Below, one piece after another: positions 1 to 11,800 of a stretch of DNA of 64,000 nt. The stretch covers positions 204,476,001 to 204,540,000 of the forward strand of contig OZ024742.1 of the NCBI GenBank assembly GCA_964016885.1, in the 5' to 3' direction. Source of the stretch: Eledone cirrhosa (Eukaryota). Made by a program: the position numbers and the translations under genes. How positions within the stretch are numbered: the stretch's first letter is position 1; every line of letters begins with the position of its first letter. The notes under the pieces were generated by a model, which had not been told where the DNA came from, searched no databases, and worked only from the letters and a program-made list of their open reading frames with translations.

Positions 1-3000
1 GTAATCACTGTTATGTATTGGTGTACTGTCACTGACTGGTGTAATGACTGTTATATATTGGTGTACTGTCTCTGACTGGTGTAATGACTGTTATGTATTG
101 GTGTACTGTCACTGACTGGTGTAATGACTGTTATGTATTGGTGTACTGTCACTGACTGGTGTAATGACTGTTATATATTGGTGTACTGTCTCTGACTGGT
201 GTAATGACTGTTATGTATTGGTGTACTGTCACTGACAGGTGTAATGACTGTTATGTATTGGTGTACTGTCACTGACTGGTGTAATGACTATTATATTTTG
301 GTGTACTGTCTCTGACTGGTGTAATGACTGTTATGTATTGGTGTACTGTCACTGACTGGTGTAATGACTGTTATGTATTGGTGTACTGTCACTGGTGTAA
401 TGACTGTTATGTATTGGTGTACTGTCACTGGTGTAATGACTGTTATGTATTGGTGTACTGTCACTGACTGGTGTAATGACTGTTATGTATTGGTGTACTG
501 TCTCTGACTGGTGTAATGACCGTTATGTATTGGTGTACTGTCACTGGTGTAATGACTGTTATATATTGGTGTACTGACACTGGTGTAATGACTGTTATGT
601 ATTGGTGTACTGTATCTGGTGTAATGACTGTTATGTATTGGTGTACTGTCTCTGCTGTAATGACTGTTATGTATTGGTGTACAGTCACTGACTGGTGTAA
701 TGACTGTTATGTATTGGTGTACTGTCACTGGTGTAATGACTGTTATGTATTGGTGTACTGTCACTGGTGTAATGACAGTTATGTATTGGTGTACTGTCAC
801 TGGTGTAATGACTGTTATGTATTGGTGTACTGTCACTGGTGTAATGACTGTTATGTATTGGTGTACTGTCACTGACTGGTGTAATGACTGTTATGTATTG
901 GTGTACTGTCACTGGTGTAATGACAGTTATGTATTGGTGTACTGTCACAGACTAGTTTAATGACTAGTATGTATTGGTGTACTGTCACTGGTGTAATGAC
1001 AGTTATGTATTGGTGTACTGAAACAGACTAGTTTAATGACTGTTATGTATTGGTGTACTGTCACTGACTGTTGTAATGACTGTTATGTATTGGTGTATTG
1101 TCACTGACTAGTTTAATGACTGTTATGTATTGGTGTACTGTCACTGACTGGTGTAATGACTGTTATGTATTGGTGTACTGTCACTGGTGTAATGACTGTT
1201 ATGTATTAGTGTACTGTCACTGGCGTAATGACTGTTATGTATTGGTGTACTGTCACAGACTGGTGTAATGACTGTTATGTATTGGTGTACTGTCACTGGT
1301 GTAATGTCAGTTATGCATTGGTGTACTGTCTCTGGTGTAATGACTGTTATGTATTGGTGTACTGTCACTGGTGTAATGGCTGTTATGTATTGGTGTACTG
1401 TCACTGGTGTAATGACTATTATGTATTGGTGTACTATCACTGGTGTAATGACTGTTATGTATTGGCGTACTGTCACTGGTGTAATGACTGTTATGTATTG
1501 GTGTACTGTCACTGGTGTAATGACTGTTATGTATTGGTGTACTGTCACTGGTGTAATGACTGTTATGTATTGGTGTACTGTCACTGACTGGTGTAATGAC
1601 TGTTATGTATTGGTGTATTGTCTCTGGTGTAATGACTGTTATGTATTGGTGTACTGTCACTGACTGGTGTAATGACTGTTATGTATTGGTGTACTGTCAC
1701 TGCTGTAATGACTGTTATGTATTGGTGTACTGTCACTGGTGTAATGACTGTTATGTATTTGTGTACTGTCACTGGTGAAATGACTGTTATGTATTGGTGT
1801 ACTGTCTCTGGTGTAATGACTGTTATTTATTGGTGTACTGTCACTGGTGTAATGAATGTTATGTATTGGTGTACTGTCACTGACTGGTGTAATGACTGTT
1901 ATGTATTGGTGTACTGTCACTGACTGGTGTAATGACTGTGATGTATTGGTGTACTGTCACTGGTGTAATGACAGTTATGTATTGGTGTACTGATACAGAC
2001 TAGTTTAATGACTATTATGTATTGGTGTACTGTCACTGGTGTAATGACAGTTATGTATTGGTGTACTGTCACTGACTGGTGCAATGACTGTTATGTATTG
2101 GTGTACTGTCACTGACTGGTGTAATGACTGTTATGTATTGGTGTACTGTCACTGACTGGTGTAATGACTGTTACGTATTGGTGTATTGTCTCTGGTGTAA
2201 TGACTGGTATGTATTGGTGTACTGTCTCTGCTGTAATGACTGTTATGTTTTGGTGTACTGTCACTGACTGGTGTAATGACTGTTATATATTGGTGTACTG
2301 TCTCTGACTGGTGTAATGACTGTTATGTATTGGTGTACTGTCACTGACTGGTGTAATGACTGTTATGTATTGGTGTACTGTCTCTGACTGGTGTAATGAC
2401 TGTTATGTATTGGTGTACTGTGACTGGTGTAATGACTGTTATGTATTGGTGTACTGTCACTGACTGGTGTAATGACTGTTATATATTGGTGTACTGTCTC
2501 TGACTGGTGTAATGACTGTTATGTATTGGTGTACTGTCACTGACTGGTGTAATGACTGTTATGTATTGGTGTACTGTCACTGACTGGTGTAATGACTGTT
2601 ATATATTGGTGTACTGTCTGTGACTGGTGTAATGACTGTTATGTATTGGTGTACTGTCACTGACTGGTGTAATGACTGTTATGTATTGGTGTACTGTCGC
2701 TGACTGGTGTAATGACTGTTATATATTGGTGTACTGTCTCTGACTGGTGTAATGACTGTTATGTATTGGTGTACTGTCACTGACTGGTGTAATGACTTTT
2801 ATGTATTGGTGTACTGTCACTGGTGTAATGACTGTTATGTATTGGTGTACTGTCACTGGTGTAATGACTGTTATGTATTGGTGTACTGTCACTGACTGGT
2901 GTAATGACTGTTATGTATTGGTGTACTGTCACTGGTGTAATGACTGTTATGTATTGGTGTACTGTCACTGACTGGTGTAATGACTGTTATATATTGGTGT

Positions 3001-6000
3001 ACTGTCTCTGACTGGTGTAATGACTGTTATGTATTGGTGTAGTGTCACTGACTGGTGTAATGACTGTTATGTATTGGTGTACTGTCACTGACTGGTGTAA
3101 TGACTGTTATATATTGGTGTACTGTCTGTGACTGGTGTAATGACTGTTATGTATTGGTGTACTGTCACTGACTGGTGTAATGACTGTTATGTATTGGTGT
3201 ATTGTCTCTCGTGTAATGACTGTTATGTATGTGTGTACTGTCACTGACTGGTGTAATGACTTTTATGTATTGGTGTACTGTCACTGGTGTAATGACTGTT
3301 ATGTATTGGTGTACTGTCACTGACTGGTGTAATGACTGTTATGTATTGGTGTATTGTCTCTGGTGTAATGACTGTTATGTATTGGTGTACTGTCACTGAC
3401 TGGTGTAATGACTGTTATGTATTGGTGTACTGTCACTGCTGTAATGACTGTTATGTATAGGTGTACTGTCTCTGATGTAATGACTGTTATGTATTGATGT
3501 ACTGTCACTGACTGGTGTAATGACTGTTATGTATTGGTGTACTGTCACTGGTGTAATGACTGTTATGTATTGGTGTACTGTCACTGGTGTAATGACTGTT
3601 ATGTATTTGTCTACTGTCACTGGTGAAATGACTGTTATGTATTGGTGTACTGTCTCTGGTGTAATGACTGTTATTTATTGGTGTACTGTCACTGGTGTAA
3701 TGACTGTTATGTATTGGTGTACTGTCACTGACTGGTGTAATGACTGTTATGTATTGGTGTACTGTCACTGACTGGTGTAATGACTGTGATGTATTGGTGT
3801 ACTGTCACTGGGGTAATGACAGTTATGTATTGGTGTACTGTCACAGGCTAGTTTAATGACTATTATGTATTGGTGTACTGTCACTGGTGTAATGACAGTT
3901 ATGTATTGGTATACTGTCACTGACTGGTGTAATGACTGTTATGTATTGGTGTACTGTCACTGACTGGTGTAATGACTGTTATGTATTGGTGTACTGTCAC
4001 TGACTGGTGTAATGACTGTTACGTATTGGTGTATTGTCTCTGGTGTAATGACTGTTATGTATTGGTGTACTGTCTCTGCTGTAATGACTGTTATGTATTG
4101 GTGTACTGTCACTGACTGGTGTAATGACTGTTATATATTGGTGTACTGTCTCTGACTGGTGTAATGACTGTTATGTATTGGTGTACTGTCACTGACTGGT
4201 GTAATGACTGTTATGTATTGGTGTACTGTCTCTGACTGGTGTAATGACTGTTATGTATTGGTGTACTGTCTCTGACTGGTGTAATGACTGTTATGTATTG
4301 GTGTACTGTCACTGACTGGTGTAATGACTGTTATGTATTGGTGTACTGTCACTGGTGTAATGACTGTTATGTATTGGTGTACTGTCACTTGTGTAATGAC
4401 TGTTATGTATTGGTGTACTGTCACTGACTGGTGTAATGACTGTTATATATTGGTGTGCTGTCTCTGACTGGTGTAATGACTGTTATGTTTTGGTGTACTG
4501 TCACTGACTGGTGTAATGGCTGTTATGTATTGGTGTACTGTCACTGACTGGTGTAATGACTGTTATATATTGGTGTACTGTCTCTGACTGGTGTAATGAC
4601 TGTTATGTATTGGTGTACTGTCACTGACTGGTGTAATGACTGTTATGTATTGGTGTACTGTCACTGGTGTAATGACTGTTATGTATTGGTGTACTGTCAC
4701 TGGTGTAATGACTGTTATGTATTGGTGTACTGTCACTGACTGGTGTAATGACTGTTATGTATTGGTGTACTGTCACTGGTGTAATGACTGTTATGTATTG
4801 GTGTACTGTCACTGACTGGTGTAATGACTGTTATATATTGGTGTACTGTCTCTGACTGGTGTAATGACTGTTATGTATTGGTGTACTGTCACTGACTGGT
4901 GTAATGACTGTTATATATTGGTGTACTGTCTCTGACTGGTGTAATGACTGTTATGTATTGGTGTACTGTCACTGACTGGTGTAATGACTGTTATGTATTG
5001 GTGTACTGTCACTGGTGTAATGACTGTTATGTATTGGTGTACTGTCACTGGTGTAATGACTGTTATGTATTGGTGTACTGTCACTGACTGGTGTAATGAC
5101 TGTTATGTATTGGTGTACTGTCACTGGTGTAATGACTGTTATGTATTGGTGTACTGTCACTGACTGGTGTAATGACTGTTATATATTGGTGTACTGTCAC
5201 TGACTGGTGTAATGACTGTTATATATTGGTGTACTGTCTCTGACTGGTGTAATGACTGTTATGTATTGGTGTACAGTCACTGACTGGTGTAATGACTGTT
5301 ATGTATTGGTGTACTGTCACTGACTGGTGTAATGACTGTTATATATTGGTGTACTGTCTATGACTGGTGTAATGACTGTTATGTATCGGTGTACTGTCAC
5401 TGACTGGTGTAATGACTGTTATGTATTGGTGTACTGTCACTGGTGTAATGACTGTTATGTATTGGTGTACTGTCACTGGTGTAATGACTGTTATGTATTG
5501 GTGTACTGTCACTGACTGGTGTAATGACTGTTATGTATTGGTGTACTGTCACTGGTGTAATCACTGTTATGTATTGGTGTACTGTCACTGACTGGTGTAA
5601 TGACTGTTATATATTGGTGTACTGTCTCTGACTGGTGTAATGACTGTTATGTATTGGTGTACTGTCACTGACTGGTGTAATGACTGTTATGTATTGGTGT
5701 ACTGTCACTGACTGGTGTAATGACTGTTATATATTGGTGTACTGTCTCTGACTGGTGTAATGACTGTTATGTATTGGTGTACTGTCACTGACAGGTGTAA
5801 TGACTGTTATGTATTGGTGTACTGTCACTGACTGGTGTAATGACTATTATATTTTGGTGTACTGTCTCTGACTGGTGTAATGACTGTTATGTATTGGTGT
5901 ACTGTCACTGACTGGTGTAATGACTGTTATGTATTGGTGTACTGTCACTGGTGTAATGACTGTTATGTATTGGTGTACTGTCACTGGTGTAATGACTGTT

Positions 6001-8680
6001 ATGAATTGGTGTACTGTCACTGACTGGTGTAATGACTGTTATGTATTGGTGTACTGTCTCTGACTGGTGTAATGACCGTTATGTATTGGTGTACTGTCAC
6101 TGGTGTAATGACTGTTATATATTGGTGTACTGACACTGGTGTAATGACTGTTATGTATTGGTGTACTGTATCTGGTGTAATGACTGTTATGTATTGGTGT
6201 ACTGTCTCTGCTGTAATGACTGTTATGTATTGGTGTACAGTCACTGACTGGTGTAATGACTGTTATGTATTGGTGTACTGTCACTGGTGTAATGACTGTT
6301 ATGTATTGGTGTACTGTCACTGGTGTAATGACAGTTATGTATTGGTGTACTGTCACTGGTGTAATGACTGTTATGTATTGGTGTACTGTCACTGGTGTAA
6401 TGACTGTTATGTATTGGTGTACTGTCACTGACTGGTGTAATGACTGTTATGTATTGGTGTACTGTCACTGGTGTAATGACAGTTATGTATTGGTGTACTG
6501 TCACAGACTAGTTTAATGACTAGTATGTATTGGTGTACTGTCACTGGTGTAATGACAGTTATGTATTGGTGTACTGAAACAGACTAGTTTAATGACTGTT
6601 ATGTATTGGTGTACTGTCACTGACTGTTGTAATGACTGTTATGTATTGGTGTATTGTCACTGACTAGTTTAATGACTGTTATGTATTGGTGTACTGTCAC
6701 TGACTGGTGTAATGACTGTTATGTATTGGTGTACTGTCACTGGTGTAATGACTGTTATGTATTAGTGTACTGTCACTGGCGTAATGACTGTTATGTATTG
6801 GTGTACTGTCACAGACTGGTGTAATGACTGTTATGTATTGGTGTACTGTCACTGGTGTAATGTCAGTTATGCATTGGTGTACTGTCTCTGGTGTAATGAC
6901 TGTTATGTATTGGTGTACTGTCACTGGTGTAATGGCTGTTATGTATTGGTGTACTGTCACTGGTGTAATGACTATTATGTATTGGTGTACTATCACTGGT
7001 GTAATGACTGTTATGTATTGGCGTACTGTCACTGGTGTAATGACTGTTATGTATTGGTGTACTGTCACTGGTGTAATGACTGTTATGTATTGGTGTACTG
7101 TCACTGGTGTAATGACTGTTATGTATTGGTGTACTGTCACTGACTGGTGTAATGACTGTTATGTATTGGTGTATTGTCTCTGGTGTAATGACTGTTATGT
7201 ATTGGTGTACTGTCACTGACTGGTGTAATGACTGTTATGTATTGGTGTACTGTCACTGCTGTAATGACTGTTATGTATTGGTGTACTGTCACTGGTGTAA
7301 TGACTGTTATGTATTTGTGTACTGTCACTGGTGAAATGACTGTTATGTATTGGTGTACTGTCTCTGGTGTAATGACTGTTATTTATTGGTGTACTGTCAC
7401 TGGTGTAATGAATGTTATGTATTGGTGTACTGTCACTGACTGGTGTAATCACTGTTATGTATTGGTGTACTGTCACTGACTGGTGTAATGACTGTGATGT
7501 ATTGGTGTACTGTCACTGGTGTAATGACAGTTATGTATTGGTGTACTGACACAGACTAGTTTAATGACTATTATGTATTGGTGTACTGTCACTGGTGTAA
7601 TGACAGTTATGTATTGGTGTACTGTCACTGACTGGTGCAATGACTGTTATGTATTGGTGTACTGTCACTGACTGGTGTAATGACTGTTATGTATTGGTGT
7701 ACTGTCACTGACTGGTGTAATGACTGTTACGTATTGGTGTATTGTCTCTGGTGTAATGACTGGTATGTATTGGTGTACTGTCTCTGCTGTAATGACTGTT
7801 ATGTTTTGGTGTACTGTCACTGACTGGTGTAATGACTGTTATATATTGGTGTACTGTCTCTGACTGGTGTAATGACTGTTATGTATTGGTGTACTGTCAC
7901 TGACTGGTGTAATGACTGTTATGTATTGGTGTACTGTCTCTGACTGGTGTAATGACTGTTATGTATTGGTGTACTGTGACTGGTGTAATGACTGTTATGT
8001 ATTGGTGTACTGTCACTGACTGGTGTAATGACTGTTATATATTGGTGTACTGTCTCTGACTGGTGTAATGACTGTTATGTATTGGTGTACTGTCACTGAC
8101 TGGTGTAATGACTGTTATGTATTGGTGTACTGTCACTGACTGGTGTAATGACTGTTATATATTGGTGTACTGTCTGTGACTGGTGTAATGACTGTTATGT
8201 ATTGGTGTACTGTCACTGACTGGTGTAATGACTGTTATGTATTGGTGTACTGTCGCTGACTGGTGTAATGACTGTTATATATTGGTGTACTGTCTCTGAC
8301 TGGTGTAATGACTGTTATGTATTGGTGTACTGTCACTGACTGGTGTAATGACTTTTATGTATTGGTGTACTGTCACTGGTGTAATGACTGTTATGTATTG
8401 GTGTACTGTCACTGGTGTAATGACTGTTATGTATTGGTGTACTGTCACTGACTGGTGTAATGACTGTTATGTATTGGTGTACTGTCACTGGTGTAATGAC
8501 TGTTATGTATTGGTGTACTGTCACTGACTGGTGTAATGACTGTTATATATTGGTGTACTGTCTCTGACTGGTGTAATGACTGTTATGTATTGGTGTAGTG
8601 TCACTGACTGGTGTAATGACTGTTATGTATTGGTGTACTGTCACTGACTGGTGTAATGACTGTTATATATTGGTGTACTG
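1..8680 (+). repeat. Block duplication: ~1-3120 repeated at ~5557-8680 (offset 5556 bp)
   Basis: Shared rare variants at a constant offset: gtaatcactg at 1/5557, gacaggt ~235/5791, actgaaacagactagttt ~1017/6573, gtgtagtgtc ~3037/8593. ORF pairs 461/6017, 1141/6697 and 2777/8333 are all offset by 5556. The 5' partner probably extends upstream of the window. Confidence 0.93.
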
Positions 8681-8899
8681 TCTCTGACTGGTGTAATGAC
8701 TGTTATGTATTGGTGTACTGTCACTGACTGGTGTAATGACTGTTACGTATTGGTGTACTGTCACTGACTGGTGTAATGACTGTTATATATTGGTGTACTG
8801 TCTCTGACTGGTGTAATGACTGTTATGTATTGGTGTACTGTCACTGACTGGTGTAATGACTGTTATGTATTGGTGTACTCTCACTGGTGTAATGACTGT

Positions 8900-11800
8900 T
8901 ATGTATTGGTGTACTGTCACTGGTGTAATGACTGTTATGTATTGGTGTACTGTCACTGACTGGTGTAATGACTGTTATGTATTGGTGTACTGTCACTGCT
9001 GTAATGACTGTTATGTATTGGTGTACTGTCACTGGTGTAATGACTGTTTTTATATTGGTGTACTGACACTGGTGTAATGACTGTTATGTATTGGTGTACT
9101 GTATCTGGTGTAATGACTGTTATGTATTGGTGTACTGTCTCTGCTGTAATGACTGTTATGTATTGGTGTACAGTCACTGACTGGTGTAATGACTGTTATG
9201 TATTGGTGTACTGTCACTGGTGTAATGACTGTTATGTATTGGTGTACTGTCACTGGTGTAATGACAGTTATGTATTGGTGTACTGTCACTGGTGTAATGA
9301 CTGTTATGTATTGGTGTACTGTCACTGGTGTAATGACTGTTATGTATTGGTGTACTGTCACTGACTGCTGTAATGACTGTTATGTATTGGTGTACTGTCA
9401 CTGACTGGTGTAATGACTGTTATGTATTGGTGTACTGTCACTGGTGTAATGACAGTTATGTATTGGTGTACTGTCACAGACTAGTTTAATGACTAGTATG
9501 TATTGGTGTACTGTCACTGGTGTAATGACAGTTATGTATTGGTGTACTGAAACAGACTAGTTTAATGACTGTTTTGTATTGGTGTACTGTCACTGACTGG
9601 TGTAATGACTGTTATGTATTGGTGTACTGTCACTGACTAGTTTAATGACTATTATGTATTGGTGTACTGTCACTGACTGGTGTAATGACTGTTATGTATT
9701 GGTGTACTGTCACTGGTGTAATGACTGTTATGTATTAGTGTACTGTCACTGGCGTAATGACTGTTATGTATTGGTGTACTGTCACAGACTGGTGTAATGA
9801 CTGTTATGTATTGGTGTACTGTCACTGGTGTAATGTCAGTTATGCATTGGTGTACTGTCTCTGGTGTAATGACTGTTATGTATTGGTGTACTGTCACTGG
9901 TGTACTGGCTGTTATGTATTGGCGTACTGTCACTGGTGTAATGACTGTTATGTATTGGTGTACTGTCACTGGTGTAATGACTGTTATGTATTGGCGTACT
10001 GTCACTGGTGTAATGACTGTTATGTATTGGTGTACTGTCACTGGTGTAATGACTGTTATGTATTGGCGTACTGTCACTGGTGTAATGACTGTTATGTATT
10101 GGTGTACTGTCACTGGTGTAATGACTGTTATGTATTGGTGTACTGTCACTGGTGTAATGACTGTTATGTATTGGTGTACTGTCTCTGGTGTAATGACTGT
10201 TATGTATTGGTGTACTGTCACCGACTGGTGTAATGACTGTTATGTATTGGTGTACTGTCTCTGGTGTAATGACTGTTATGTATTGGTGTACTGTCACTGG
10301 TGTAATGACTGTTATGTATTGGTGTACTGTCACTGGTGTAATGACTGTTATGTATTGGTGTACTGTCACTGGTGTAATGACTGTTATGTATTGGTGTACT
10401 GTCACTGGTGTAATGACTGTTATATATTGGTGTACTGTCACTGGTGTAATGACTGTTATATATTGGTGTACTGTCACTGGTGTAATGACTGTTATGTATT
10501 GGTGTTCGGTCACTGGTGTAATGACTGTTATATATTGGTGTACTGTCACTGACTGGTGTAATGACAGTTATGTATTGGTGTACTGTCACTAACTGGTTTA
10601 ATGACTGTTATGTATTGGTGTACTGTCACTAACTGGTGTAATGACTGTTATGTATTGGTGTACTGTCGCTGGTGTAATGACTGTTATATATTGGTGGACT
10701 GACACTGGTGTAATGACTGTTATGTATTGGTGTTCTGTCACTGGTGTAATTACTGTTATGTATTGGTGTACTGTCACTGGTGTAATGACTGTTATGTATT
10801 GGCGTACTGTCGCGTGTGTAATGACTGTTATATATTGCTGAACTGTCACTGACTGGTGTAATGACTGTTATGTATTGGTGAACTGTCACTGGTGTAATGA
10901 CTGTTATGTATTGGTGTACTGTCACTGGTGTAATGACTGTTATGTATTGGTGTACTGTCACTGACTGATATAATGACTGTTATGTATTGGTGTACTGTCA
11001 CTGACTGGTGTAATGACTGTTATGTATTGGTGTACTGTCACTGGTGTAATGACTGTTATGTATTTGTGTGCTATCACTGACTGGTGTAATGACTGTTATG
11101 TATTGGTGTACTGTCACTGACTGCTGTAATGACTGTTATGTATTGGTGTACCGTCACTGACTGGTGTAATGACTGTTATGTATTGGAGTACTGTCTCTGG
11201 TGTAATGACTGTTATGTATTGGTGTAGTGTCCCTGGTGTAATGACTGTTATGTATTGGTGTACTGTCTTTGCTGTAATGACTGTTATGTATTTGTGTACT
11301 TTCACTGGTGTAATGACTGTTATGTATTGCTGTACTGTCACTGACTGGTGTAATGACTGTTATGTATTGTTACTGTCTCTGGTGTAATGACTGTTATGTA
11401 TTGGTACTGTCTCTGGTGTAATGACTGTTATGTATTGGTGTACTGTCTCTGGTGTAATGACTGTTATGTATTCGTGTACTGTCACTGGTGTAATGACTGT
11501 TATGTATTGCTGTACTGTCACAGACTGGTGTAATGACTGTTATGTATTGGTGTACTGTCACTGGTGTAATGATTGTTATGTATTGGTGTACTGTCACTGA
11601 CTGGTGTAATGACTGTTATGTATTGGTGTACTGTCATTGACTGGTGTAATGACTGTTATGTATTGGTGTACTGTCACTGGTGTAATGACAGTTATGTATT
11701 GGTGTACTGTCACAGACTAGTTTAATGACTGTTATGTATTGGTGTACTGTCACTGACTGGTGTAATGACTGTTATGTATTGGTGTACTGTCACTTACTGG

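Noticed and set aside
9757-10552. Cys/His-rich CxxC repeat peptide resembling a zinc-finger or metallothionein
   Set aside because: It is a by-product of TG-rich DNA (TGT and TGG codons). The spacing does not match known finger families and the frame is repeatedly broken.
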